From Squalus acanthias (taxonomy: Eukaryota): a stretch of 64,000 nt of DNA. The notes beneath the pieces are model-generated. The model ran no database searches. It was not told where the DNA came from and saw nothing but the letters and a program-made list of their open reading frames with translations. The translations under genes and the position numbers were made by a program. Below are positions 23,600-36,057 of this stretch, piece by piece (position 1 is the first letter of the stretch; each line of letters begins with the position of its first letter). Location: assembly GCA_030390025.1 (NCBI GenBank), contig CM059432.1, forward strand, positions 121,150,001 to 121,214,000, read 5' to 3'.

Positions 23600-23837
23600 C
23601 TCTGAGCTTGCATGGCAGCAAGCTAAGATTGCAGGACAGTAATCTGAGCTTCCACTGCAGCACTCAGACTTATGGTGGCTGCTGCTTGTGCTGCAATGGA
23701 AGCTGAGGCATCAGCCATCAGACACTGCACCATGGTTGGTTCCACAGGTGTGCTGCTGGAGGTGACAACCCGTTCTATGTTGGAAAGGATCGGCTTCAAG
23801 CTCTGCGCAAAGCTCTGGGCCAAGTTGGGTGCTGGAA

Positions 23838-24780
23838 TTTTTTTATTCATTCCTGGGATGTGGGTGTCACTGGCAAGGCCAGCATTTATTGCCCATCCCT
23901 AATTGCCGTTGAGAAGGTGAGCCGCCGCCTTGAACCGCTACAGTCCGTGTGGTGAAGGTACTCCCACAGTGCTGTTAGGTAGGCAGTTCCAGGATGTTGA
24001 CCCAGCGACAATGGAGGAACAGCGATATACTTCCAAGTCAGGATGGTGTGTGATTTGGAGGGGAACTTGGAGGTGATGGTGTTCCTGTGCGCCTGCACCC
24101 CTTGTCCTTCTAGGTGGTAGAGGTCGCGGGTTTGGGAGGTGCTGCCGAAGAAGCCTTGGCGAGTTGTTGCAGTGCATCTTGTAGATGGTACACATTGCAG
24201 CCACGGTACGCCGATGGTGGAGGGAGTGAATGTTTAAGATGATGGATAGGGGGTCAATCAAGTGGGCTGCTTTGTCCTGGATGGCGTCGAGCTTTTTGAG
24301 TATTGTTGGAGCTGCACTCATCCCGGCAAATGGAGAGTATTCCATCACACTCCTGACTTGTGTCTTGTAGATGGTGGAAAGACTATGGGGAGTCAGGAGG
24401 TGAGACACTCGCTGCAGAATACCCAACCTCTGACCTGCTCTTGTAGCCACAGTATTTATGTGGCTGGTCCAGTTAAGTTTCTGGTCAATGGTGACCACCC
24501 AGGATGTTGATGTTGATGTTGGGGGATTCAGCGATGGTAATGCCGTTGAATGTCAAGGGGCAGTGGTTAGACACTTTCTTGTTAGAGATGGTCATTGCCT
24601 GGCACTTGTGTGGTGCGAATGTTACTTTCCACTTATCAGCCCAAGCCTGAATGTTGTCCAAGTCTTGCTGCATGCGGGCATAGACGGCTTCATTTTCTGA
24701 GGAGTTGCGAATGGAACTGAACACTGTGCAGTCATCAGCGAACATCCCCACTTCTGATCTTATGATGGAGGGAAGGTCAT
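23838..24780 (-). mobile_element. 3' fragment of the same LINE family as 7226-9550
   Basis: GMFADD...WADKW...VRSVMEYS; same 3' tail on the minus strand. Confidence 0.9.
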
Positions 24781-27015
24781 GCTTCTTGCTCCATGCTCCT
24801 TGATGTTGAGCGCAGACTTTCCAACAGGCTTCCCAATGCACCCAAAGTTTGGGTGTGTACACCCATCAGCCTTCTTCTGTAGCCTGGCCCATCAAAGTCC
24901 TCATCTGAGTCTTCTGCAGCAAAACTAGTGTGCAACCTTGCCCTCCAGTGAACTGGTACCTGCGCTATCCTTTCCCCTCACCCTGTCTCCTGCACACTTG
25001 TCTCACCACGTGCCTATCCCATCTCTATCCTATCCTCTAAAAGACACGCAGTGTCAGTATCTGAGCTGATGGCCACGACTGTGAGATCAAGTGATAGTGT
25101 CTCTTCATCTTCACTTGTCTTCCTGTTCCTCGACTGCTTGGGCAGGTTCCAGTTCTAGAGTGTCTGAAATGAAAAAGGGACAAGGGTTGGGTTGTGGAGA
25201 GGTGAGAGAAGAAAGTAAGAAGTGCATGCTTACACTCTCTGCAGCTTGTAAGTCAGAAGAGATTGAGGAATGAGGGAGAAGTGGGATGAGAGAAGGAGGA
25301 TTAGGTATGCTGATACCATCATCATCAATCGCTTCAGCCCCACTGGTGACCACAGCCTCAGTGATGCCCCTTCCCATGATGGCCAGCACTGTCTCCTCCA
25401 TGGGGGTTAAAACATGCAGGCGCACTTTTCCCCCTCCAGTTCATTCCTGCTGCCTGCTGTTATGCGCCACCTTCTCCTGAGAAAGAGGGAAGTGTGTCAG
25501 TGAGTGCTGTGCAATATGTTTGGGTGATGACTGTCATGGATGAATAGCTGCCAGTGTGTGCGAGCTGTGATATGTGGGTGTGAGGCTTGCAAAAGTGCTA
25601 AGTGTGTGAGGTTGAGGTAAACCATATGAATGGTAGGGTGGAGCACTGATTGATAGAGATTGTTGGTAGATGGATGATGGGGGTGTAGCGAATTGAACAG
25701 TGGATGAGGCTAGTGGTGCAATTGGTAGGATATGGCATTTGAAGATAAACTTACTGATCCTAACAACTCGTGTGAGATCATTAAACTGACTGGATTGTCC
25801 AAATGAGCTGTTTTCATGTTGTATTTCAATCTATCTGTTGGACAGGCACACAGCTTCTCTGAGTGCCAGGGTTCCCTTGAATGCAACGTGTTGTGGGCAT
25901 CAAAGCTCTTCATATCAACTCCATGGCCTTCATGGAAATAAAGGGGCTGCACCCACTAAGTGTTCAGGTGGTATCTGAGTGTAGGATCATCATCATGCAC
26001 ATCAATGGCTGTTACCCAAGAAGTAGCCATGAAGCCTACATTGTATGCCAGTCCATGGTGATATTATTTGAAGGAGAAGAAACAATGGAAGGATGGCACT
26101 GAGAAGAACAGGGCAATCCTCTATAACCATGACTGCAGACTCCACTGAATGCCCCCAAACAGCAGAGGAGCACCTCAGGCTGGAAGTATGAGCATCTCTT
26201 AGCACTTACTCAGCTGTCACCTCCACCTACGCAAAAAAAAAACACGCGTCCAAATTTGTCACAAGTATATGTGCAAAAGATCAGTGGTTGTGTTGCAATA
26301 CTTGAAACAATAGCCCCCAGAGTGTGTGGGTGTTCCCAACCGAGGCTGGTGCCATGCTCAATGGGCACAACAAGGAATTTATGCAAGAGTGAGGAGCACA
26401 CTTAACTTCACACTCCTGATACCAGCAGGCTTCTTCACCATTTGCAGTCAGTTACGAAGGACTTGGTGACTGCACTGGCTTGGTCAGTGACATCCCACCA
26501 TGCAGCTTGCTCCCATGGTTTTATGGGAGGGTGGCCTTCAGCCCCAAATAGAGCCACCACTCTTTGGTGCACTTTCAGCAGCAGCACCTCTAACCCTTGA
26601 GTACAAAATGAAACACTGTTGCCCACATGTCTCTGCTGTGCTATTGTGAACAATTAGTCCACTTTTCTGCCACTACTACAACTTACCTTTAATGGTGAGC
26701 TGAAGCCCTGTAAGAGCTGCTACCTCACTGGATATTATACTCCCCAGCCAAGTGCGCTAGAGTCCCAACTCTCTCCACAGGTTTTTCATGTGCCAGTAGC
26801 ATAAGCAAATAAGGGGCAGAGACACCCATTTCTAAATTCAGCACAACCACATTCGCCGCCCCAATAATGCCTAATAGGTCCGTCCTTATGTTCTTCCCCA
26901 GGGCAGGTCCTAACTCAAGTCTCACACCTGGGAATCTTGAGCCACTTATGAGGGAAGAGTAGCTGAGGTGGGTCCCCATTACCTTCCTCACAGTTTATTA
27001 TCCTCAGAGTAGCAG

Positions 27016-27127
27016 CTGGGCTACCATCTGGGCTACAATCTGGGCTACCATCTGGGCTACAATCTGGGCTACCATCTGGGCTACCATCTGGGCTACCATC
27101 TGGGCTACAATCTGGGCTACCATCTGG
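27016..27127. repeat. 12-bp tandem repeat CTGGGCTAC(C/A)AT, 9 copies
   Basis: Units every 12 bp from 27016 to 27112, running directly into the LINE 5' end. Confidence 0.95.
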
Positions 27128-27439
27128 TACACTAATGTCCTTTATGGAAGGAACTCTACCATCCTTACCTGGTCTGGCCTATATGTGACTCCAGACCCTC
27201 AGCAATGTGGTTGACTCTTAACTGCCCTCTGAAATGGCCTAGCAAGCCATTCAGTTGTACCAAACAGCTACGGAAAACAATAATAAGAATAAAACCGGAC
27301 GGACCATCCGGCATCGAACTCGGCACCAGCTTTAGACACGACAAAGTCACACCCAGCCCAGTCAACCCTGCAAAATCCTCCTCACCAACATCTGGGGACT
27401 TGTGCCAAAATTGGGAGGGCTGTCACACAGACTATTCAA

Positions 27440-27760
27440 GGGCAGCACGGTGGCATAGTGGTTAGCACTGTTGCCTCACAGCGCCAGAGACCCAGGGTTC
27501 GAATCCGGCTACGGGTGACTGTCTGTGTGGAGTTTGCACATTCTCCCCGTGTCTGCGTGGGTTTCCTCCGGGTGCTCCGGTTTCCTCCCACAGTCCAAAG
27601 ATGTGCGGGTTAGGTTGATTTGGCTATGATAAATTGACCCTTAGTGTTAGGGGGGATTAAATACGTGGGGTTACGGGGATAGGGTGGGATATGTGTCGGT
27701 GCAGGCTTGATGGGCCGAAATGGCCTCTATCTGCACTGTGGGGATTCTGTGATTCTGTGA
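27440..27760 (+). mobile_element. HE1-like V-SINE inserted in the LINE endonuclease region
   Basis: GGCAGCACGGTGGCATAGTGGTTAGCACTG head, box B GGTTCGAATCC, V-domain TGTGTGGAGTTTGCACATTCTCCCCGTGTCTGCGTGGGTTTCCTCCGGGTGCTCCGG, CR1-like GATTCTGT tail. Confidence 0.88.
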
Positions 27761-29054
27761 TAACCTGACATAGTCATGTCCTAGACTCCTCCATCACCAA
27801 CCCTGGGTATGTCTTGTCCCACCAGCAGGACAGACCCACCAGAGCTGGCGGCACAGTGGTATACAGTCGGGAGGGAGTGGCCCTGGGAATTCTCAACATT
27901 GACTCTGGACCCCACAAAGTCTCATGGCTTAAGGTCAAGCATGGGCAAGGAAACGTCCTGCTGATTACCACCTACTGCCTTCCCTCAGCTGAACACAATT
28001 TGGAAGAAGCACTGAGGGTAGCAAGGGCACAGAATGTATTCTGGGTGAGGTATTTCAATGTCCATCACCAAGAGTGGTTCGGTAGCACCACTACTGACTG
28101 AGCTGGCCAAGTCCTGAAGGAAATAGGTGCCACACTGGGTCTGCGGCAGGTGGTGAGAGAACCGACATGAGGGAAAAACTTTCTTGACCTCATCCTCATC
28201 AATCTACCTGTTGCAGATGCATCTGTCCATGACCATATTGGCAGGAGTGACCACCGCACAGTCCTTGTGGAGACGAAGTCCCGTCTTCACACTGAGGACA
28301 CACTCCATCGTGTTGTGTGGCACTACCACCGTGCTAAATGGAATAGATTCAGAACAGACCTAGCAGCTCAAAACTGGGCATCCATGAGGCGCTGTGGGCC
28401 ATCAGCAGCAGCAGAATTGTATTCCACCACAATCTGTAACCACATGACCCGGCATATCCCTCACTCTACCATTACCATCAAGCCAGGGGACCAACCCTGG
28501 CACAATGAGGATTGCAGAAGAGCATGCCAGGAAAAGCACCAGGTGTACCGAAAAATGAGGTGCCAAACTGGGGATGCTTAAACACAGGACTACATGCATG
28601 ATAAACAGCGGAAGCAGCATGCTATAGACAGAGCTAAGCTATTCCACAACCAACAGATCAGATTAAAGCTCTGCAGTCCTGCCACAGCCAGTCACGAATG
28701 GTGGTGGACAATTAAACAACTAATGAAAGGAGGAGGCTCCATGAACATCCCTGTCCTCAATGATGGCGGAGCCCTCACGTGAGTGCAAAAGATAAGGCTG
28801 AAGCATTTGCAACCATCTTCAGCCAGTAGTACCAAGTGGATGATCCATCTCGGCCTCCTTCTGAGGTCCCCACCATCACTGAAGCCAGTCTTCAGCCAAT
28901 TCGATTCACTCCACATGATATCAAGAAATGGCTGAGCGCACTGGATACAGCAAAGGCTATGGGCCCCGACAACATCCCAGCTATCGTGCTGAAGACTTGT
29001 GCTCCAGAACTAGCCGCTCCTCTAGCTAAGCTGTTCCAGTAGAGCTGCAACACT

Positions 29055-29395
29055 AGGCTGTTTCCCCTGGTTGGAGTGTCTAGAACTAGGGGGCATAGTC
29101 TCAGAATAAGGGGTAGACCATTTAAGACTGAGATGAGGAGGAATTTCTTCACTCAGAGGGTTGTGAATGTTTGGAATTCTCTGCCCCAGAGGGCTGTGCA
29201 TGCTGAGTCTTTGAGTATATTCAAGGCTGAGATAGATAGATTTTTGGACTCTAGGGGAATCAAGGGATATGGAGATCGGGCGAAAAAGTGGAGTTGAGGT
29301 CGATGATCAGCTATGATCTTATTGATAGGCCATACGGGCTCGAGCAGCCATATGGCCTACTCATGCTTTTATTTCTTATGTTCTTATGTTCTTAT
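29055..29395 (+). mobile_element. CR1 3' fragment nested in the LINE
   Basis: SRTRGHSLRIRGRPFKTEMRRNFFTQRVVNVWN; TTCTTATG tail; host LINE resumes at CTACCCG. Confidence 0.9.
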
Positions 29396-31844
29396 CTACC
29401 CGAAAATGTGGAAAACTGCCCAGGTATGTCCTGTCCACAAAAAGCAAGACAAATTCAATCCAGCCAATTACTGCCCATCAGTCTACTTTCAATCATCAGC
29501 AAAGTGATGGAAGGTGTCAGCGACAGTGCTATTAAGCAGCACTTACTCACCAATAACCTGCTCATTGATGCTCAGTTTGGGTTCCGCCAGGACCACCCGG
29601 CTCCAGACCTCATTATAGCCTTGGTCCAAATATGGACAAAAGAGCTGAATTCCAGAGGTGAGGTGAGAGTGACTGCCCTTGATATCAAGGCAGCATTTGA
29701 CTGAATGTGGCATTAAGGAGCCCTAGTAAAATTGAAGTCAATGGTAATCAGATGGAAAACTTTCAACTAGCTAGAGTCATACCTAACATAAAGGAAGAAG
29801 GTTGTGATTGTTGGAGGCCAATCATCATAGCCCCAGGACATCGCTGCAGGATTTCCTCAAGGCAGTGTCCTAGGCCTAACCATCTTCAGCTGCTTCATCA
29901 ATGACCTTCCCTCCATCATAAGGTCAGAAGTGGGGATGTTCACTGATGATTGCACAGTGTTCAGTTCCATTCATAACTTCTCAGATAATGAAGCAGTCTG
30001 TGCCCACATGCAACAAGACCTGGACGACATTCAGGCTTGTGCTGATAAGTGGCAAGTAACATTTGCACCACACAAGTGCCAGGCAATGACTATCTCCAAC
30101 ACGCGAGAGTCCAACCACCGCCCCATGACATTCAACGGTATTACTATCACCGAATCCCCCACCATCAACATCCTGGGGGTCATCATTGATCAGAAACTTA
30201 ACTGGACCAGCCACATAAACACTGTGGCAACAAGAGTAGGACAGAGGCTGGATATTCTGCGGCGACTGTCTCACCTCCTGACTCCCCATAGCCTTTCCAC
30301 CATCTCCAAGGCACAAGTCAGGAGTGTGATGGAATACTCTCCAGTTGCCTGGATGAGTGCAGCTCCAACAACACTCAAGAAGCTCGACACCATTCAGGAT
30401 AAAGCAGCCCGCTTGATCGGCGCCCCATCCACCACGTTAAACATTCACTCCCTCCACCACCAGCGTACCGTGGCTGCAGTGTGTACCATCTACAAGATGC
30501 ACTGCAGCAACTCGCCAAGGCTTCTTCGATAGCACCTCCCAAACCTGCGACCTCTACCATCTAGAAGGACAAGGGCAGCAGGCACATGGGAACACCACCA
30601 CCTCCAAGTTCCCCTCCAAGTCACACACCATCCTGACTTGAAAGTATATCGCCGTTCCTTCATCGTCGCTGGGTCAAAATCCTGGAGCTCCCTCCCTAAC
30701 AGCACTGTGGGAGTGCCTTCACCACACGGACTGCAGCAGTTCAAGAAGACGGCTCACCACCACCTTCTCAAGGGCAATTAGGGATGGGCAATAAATGCTG
30801 GCCTTGCCAGCGACACCCACATCCCATAAACGAATAAAACAAAAGACTAAAGATTCCCATTTAACCGTTACAAAGGTGCGGCGGTGGGGTGGGACGTTCC
30901 TTGCACCCATGAGGCACAAGTTCACCCACTGGTCATTAACTCAGTATACAGAGCCAGCACTCCAGTCTCCACTAATCAGGGCTGTCTGGAGCGTGGCTCA
31001 AACCCAACCCTTCTGACTCAGAGGCAGAAATACTACCACTGAACCAGTGGCCACTCTGTCTGACGCAATTACCCAGCTGGATATCAATCGAGTCTCCACA
31101 CACTGGGGCTGTCTGAAGTGGGGCTCGAGCCCTTTGCCTCCTGATTCAGAGGTAGGAATGCTACCAATAAGCCAAAGGCTCACTTTGCCTAACATGTAAG
31201 GATATCCATGCTACACTGATGGCCATTAACACATCTGGCAGCGTAACAAATCTATGGCCTAGAAATTCGATTAGGCAGGAAACCTGCCGGTAACAGCGCC
31301 GGCCAAGGCTAACGGCCGCCTGCAGAGAGAGCGCAGGCAGCTCCGGTATTTTGGTGCTGCCTGCTAATTTACAGGAGCGGAGCGGAGAATCTCTTGTGCA
31401 ACGCGCTCTTTCCAGCGCTAACCTCAGCAGGAGGCCGAAGGTCGCGTCTGAAGGACCGGTGCGGCGTTCTCGGGTAATGTGCTGTGTCGAATCATTTGGT
31501 GATGGCTCCTGGCTTTTGCTATCGATTCCGCTGATGGCCCTTGTAGGGTTGGAGCATTGTGCGTTGTGGCACATTACGAAGCATCTGTTTGTCCACGGCT
31601 CCCCTCTTACTATCGCGGACATTTGTCTGGGTCTTGTGTGGGGTCCACAAATGGTTGCCAGACTGTCGGGTACTCCCACCTTCGCTGGCTGCCATAGCTC
31701 CACAGATCTTTCACCCAGATGGTTGCTGTGTGGAGGTTTGTGCTCCACCATGGTGCTGGAGGGGGAGGAGGATGGGGAGGGGGAGGGGGAGGGGGATGCA
31801 CCGTCTCGCAGCTCGCAGTGACAGTGCACTAGCCTGCATATCAT

Positions 31845-32607
31845 GGCCCAAAAATTCGGACTTTCTCGGGTGAGTACTCAGTGCGTACTCACCCGTATTC
31901 ATTCCCGAAGTGCCGGTTTCCTGCATGCACTGCGCATGCGCGGGAAACCGGCACTTCCAGTATGGTGAAGGGGGCGGTTCCTAGGTGAACCGCGTGCGCG
32001 CTAGAGGCTGTGCGCACGCTGCACACTTAGATTTTTTTTCAGGTTTCAACGCGAGGGTAAGTATTGAAGATACTATGCTAGTAAAAAGGAGGCGTAAGAC
32101 CCCTTTTGAACAAGGTAAGTAGTTAATTAAGTATAATTTTAAATTTTTTTCAACAGCTTTATCTTTTTTAGAGACTTTAAAGAAAGGTAAGTTTATTTTT
32201 ATAACTTTTAAAAAGTATTTTAATTTTTTCAAAAATTTAAATTTTTGTTTAAAGTGTTTAATTTATTTAACTATAGTTATTTTATAAATGTGATGGTTTT
32301 CTAAAACAAATTATTTGAGGTTTAGCTGTTCTTTTGGGGCCGATTTCAATTCATAGATTTGACAGGTCCTGTCAAATCTATGAATGAAAGATGGTCTGCT
32401 GCCATTGGCTCTCCATGGCCCACGTGATCCCAGGGGTCGCATCGCACTAACTGCGCCCCTGGAACACGCAAGCACTGCGCGCCGGCTCTTGGGAGAGGCC
32501 CGGGACCCGAAGTTCCTGTGGGCCCAAAACACAACGGCAGGCACGGTGGGTAAGAGCACGCGCGATCCTTACCCCCGCGGCAAGCCGGCCACGCGAATTT
32601 CTAGGCC
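31845..32607. mobile_element. Harbinger-type MITE family B nested in MITE A
   Basis: TIRs GGCCCAAAAATTCG / CGAATTTCTAGGCC; TSD CAT/CAT; colinear with 61965-62705. Confidence 0.85.
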
Positions 32608-33072
32608 CATATTTTATAAACTAGAAAACACTAATGTATAAAATTTTAAGAAATGCACCATTGATTTTTCCTGATATTATTAGAACTATACTACAGTGTA
32701 GTTTATTTTAAAAGTATTTACCTCCTATACTGTTTGACTGACCAGGGGGAGATTTGATGCATCTCATTGGAAGCAGTTTTCACTCCAATAGCTTTCCATA
32801 GTTACCAGTTATCTCAGCAGTTGTTTACTGTATGGATTATAGCTCACTGCCGCTTTCTCCCGCCTCTCCTCACTGTCAACGGTTGCATGCACAGACGTGC
32901 TTTGGCGAGGGTGGTAAGAGGAGCGACAAGCTCCAAAATGAATGAGAGTGCATCAATCCGGCGTTGCACGCTGATCGATGTCACACTCCTGCTAATTAAA
33001 AAACTTTCTGGGAGCTCAGGAAACGGCAGAGCTTGCTGACCTGCCGAAAATAGTGGATGCCGCGGGACCCGC

Positions 33073-33290
33073 TCCCACAAACAGCAATGAGATAATGACC
33101 AGATAATCTGTTTTAGTGATGTTGGTTGAGGGATAAATGTTGGCCAGGGCGCCAGGAGTACTCGTCCACTCTTCTTCGAATAGTGCCATGGGATCTTTTA
33201 TGTCCACCTGAGAGGGCAGACAGCGCCTCAGTTTAGTATCTCACTCAAAAGACAGCGCAGCACTCCGTCGATATTGCATTGAAGTGTCCT
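33073..33290 (-). mobile_element. DeuSINE-type core fragment
   Basis: Colinear with ~4663-4885. Confidence 0.75.
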
Positions 33291-33646
33291 GTGGGACTGG
33301 AAGCGGGCAGAAGTGATGTGGCCACCATTTTTTTACCAAAAACAGGCCTTAACAGCCAGCGCTAACACCTCCAATTTCTAGGCCTGTCTTTTTAATACTG
33401 ATACTTCTGAGTAAATGCCAGGAAGAAAAGTCCTCACCCGTTTTGAGAATTGGTTATTAACAGTAAGGTTTTATTCTGCACCAATTTTCTATATAGTAAC
33501 ATCCCACAGTTTAGGTCCACTGCCTGTAACCACGAAATGTTAATAGAGGGTCTGCAAGATCATCAGGCAGAGATTTTGAAATGGGGGCCTATCCAACTAA
33601 TATGCTGAGGATGCAAAGTGTTTGGTAGATTACAGATAGAAAGAAG

Positions 33647-33782
33647 AAGACAGCGCAGCGCTCCGTCGGTATTGCACTGAAGTGTCAGCCTAGATTATGT
33701 GCTTAAATCTCTTGTGGGACTTTAACCCAAGATCGCTTGACTCAGAGGAGAGAGTGCTACCAATGAGCCAAATCTGACACCT
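33647..33782 (-). mobile_element. DeuSINE-type 5' head fragment
   Basis: Colinear with ~4839-4977; overlaps the 33073 fragment by ~40 bp of consensus. Confidence 0.7.
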
Positions 33783-34221
33783 AATGGAATGAACGCTGGC
33801 TTCACCACCACACATCTGCAAGGAGATCAATTAAAGGCTCTTCAATCTGAAGAAAACAAGCAAAGTAAAAATAAAATCCCACAGCCTCAAAAAAGTATGC
33901 TATTTATTTGATTGGGGAATTTACAATCGTGAAAGAGTGAAATTGATGAATGAAACAGTTTGAACAAGAATCCTTAGTGTGCTACTGAACCAAGTGCCTC
34001 TTCAAATATGGGAGAAAAGTGTTTATTTGGCTATTGAATTTTAAAGTGGCTGTCAGTACAATTTAGGAATGAATTTGACTCAGCCTGAAATATTGTCATC
34101 TGCAGCTGAGAAAATTGGCTCTGCAACTTGTGAAATATGATATGTGTTTTGCTACACTTCTGTGCACTTACAAAGCAAGGAATTAATAGTCACACATACA
34201 GATGAGTGATTAACAAACCAT

Positions 34222-35205
34222 GGCCTAGAAATTCGATTAAGCCCGAAAACGGGCGATGCCACCGCGAGCCAAGGTTAACGGCCGCCCGTAAAAAGAGCGC
34301 AGGCAGCACCTGATTTAAACGAGCGGAGCGAAGAATCTCCCGTGCAACACGCTCTTTCTAGCGGCAACATCAGCAGGAGGCCGAATGTCGCGTATAAAGG
34401 TTGGGTGCGGCGTTCTCGGGCAGTCAGCTATTAACAGTGAAAGACTGTGGCATAGATGTCGTTGCATGAGAAATCAATTGAAATAAATTTTTAAAAAAGG
34501 GAAACCTGAACCTCTTGGTCAGGAGTTTACTGGTGTAAATCGTGCAGAAGAGAGTTCAATGACATTTTTAACAACAGCAGACTTTTGAAGAACTCTTGGT
34601 GAGAAAATGGTGTTAAATCTTCCTTAATTCTTGGCCTTTTAAAAACAGACTTCAAAACTTTGCATAGTATTTTATCAGTTCCTAAACTAGAAAATACAAT
34701 TATAACATTTAAGGAAATGCAGCTTTGATTTTTTCCTGAGATTCTTACAACTGCAGTACAGTACGGTTTATTTTAAAAGGGCTTACCACCTGTAATGTTT
34801 AACTGACCAGGGGGGAGATTAGATGCATCTCATTGGAAGCAGTTTTCAATCCAATTTCATTGTCTGAGCTCTCCATAGTTACCAGTTATCTCAGTAGCTG
34901 TTTACCGTATGGTTTATAGCTCACCGCTGCTTTCTCCCAGCTCGACACGCTGTCAACGGCTGCACGCACGGGCGTGCTTTGGAGAGGGCGGTAAGAGGAG
35001 CGGCGATGTCCAAAATCACCGATTGACATCACACTCTTAGTAATTAAAATACTTGCGGCGAGCGCAGGCAACGGCAGCGCAGCTGACCTGCCCAATATGG
35101 CGGCCGTCGTGTTCCGTGATGGAAGTGGGCAGAAGTGAGGCGGCCACCATTTTTTCTTCAAAACCGGCCTTACCAGGCGGTGCTAAAGGTTCAAATTTCT
35201 AGGCC
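34222..35205. mobile_element. Harbinger-type MITE family A, intact
   Basis: Perfect 12-bp TIRs GGCCTAGAAATT; TSD CAT/CAT. Confidence 0.88.
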
Positions 35206-35424
35206 CATATGTCTAATTAACTTTGCTCATTTTGCCCTTTAATGTTTTAACTTCAGGCCAAACTAGCATAGAACAAAAGTGCCAGTAAAAACAGCAGGTG
35301 GTACAGCACCTCAGGAGAGAGTGTTAACAGTTCACAAAGGGCAAATGATCCAGGGTGATGACACAGAGGTGAAGGTTGGGCATCTTAACAAACCATCTGG
35401 TGTGTACCATATCAAACAAATCTT

Positions 35425-35725
35425 ATTTTTTTTCGGTCCCCACCACGAACTCCTTTCCCTAGCCACCAACTCCATCCCTCTCCCTAACATCTGTCTGAGG
35501 CTGAACCACACTATTCGTAACCTTGGTGTCATATTTGACCCTGAAATGAGCTTCCGACCAGATATCCACAGCATAATTAAGACTGCCTATTTCCACCTCC
35601 ATAACATTGCTCGTCTCCGCCCTTGCCTCAGCTCATCTGCACCTGAAACCCTCATCCATGCCTTTGTTACCTCTAGACTTGACTATTCCAGCGCACTCCT
35701 GGCTGGCCTCCGACGTTCTACCCTG
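35425..35725 (+). mobile_element. L2-clade LINE fragment
   Basis: NLGVIFDPEMSF...AYFHLHNIARLRP.L...LIHAFVTSRLDY. Confidence 0.85.
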
Positions 35726-36057
35726 TGGCAGCCAAGTTAAGCACAGCAAGGTCCCACAAATAATAATGAGATAAATGATCAGCTAATCTGTTTTAATGAT
35801 GTTGGTGAGGGATAAATATTGACCTGGATATCAGGATAACTCCCTTGCTCTTTGAATAGTGTCACAACCACCTGGCAGGTAGACAGGGCTGCAGTTTAAC
35901 ATCTTCAACAGTGCAGCACTTCCTTAGTACTGCACTAGAGTGTGACTCTAGAAGATTATGTGCTCATGTTTCTAGAGTGGGACTTGAAACCATGACCGAA
36001 CTCAGAGGCGAGGGCGATATCACTGAGACAAGGCTGGCGCGAGCCAAGGCTGACACA
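35726..36057 (-). mobile_element. Decayed DeuSINE-type SINE
   Basis: Colinear with ~4635-4975, with indels. Confidence 0.65.

Larger units (their letters stand above)
22920..25790 (-). pseudogene. Harbinger Myb/SANT gene remnant convergent with the 21745 transposase, interrupted by two insertions
   Basis: EKVAHNSRQQE.TGGG...LTPMEETVLAIMG exon (~25477-25316); C-terminal region homologous to 16939-17559. Confidence 0.7.
27121..30843 (+). mobile_element. Near-full-length copy of the tRNA-headed CR1-group LINE (APE + RT, disrupted)
   Basis: 27121-27325 colinear with ~7415-7620; APE motifs LTNIWGL, QDRP..GG, FNVHH, DLIL, GRSDH; RT QFGFR, FTDD; same 3' tail. Confidence 0.9.
31256..33384. mobile_element. 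Harbinger-type MITE family A with nested insertions
   Basis: TIRs GGCCTAGAAATT / AATTTCTAGGCC; TSD TAT/TGT; both ends colinear with 34222-35205. Confidence 0.8.

Noticed and set aside
27016..27127. CRISPR-like array (also 18147-18303)
   Set aside because: Head-to-tail tandem units with no unique spacers, no cas genes, eukaryotic context
27440..27515. tRNA gene (also the heads at 7226, 4977 and 5278)
   Set aside because: Only A/B boxes followed by SINE or LINE bodies; no complete cloverleaf evident
31161..31844. 227-aa minus-strand ORF
   Set aside because: Low-complexity, spans MITE and SINE boundaries, no domain similarity
35257..35375. Plus-strand host exon after a strong acceptor
   Set aside because: Stops in all frames; resembles Harbinger Myb exon 2 (AKLA.N...TAGG)
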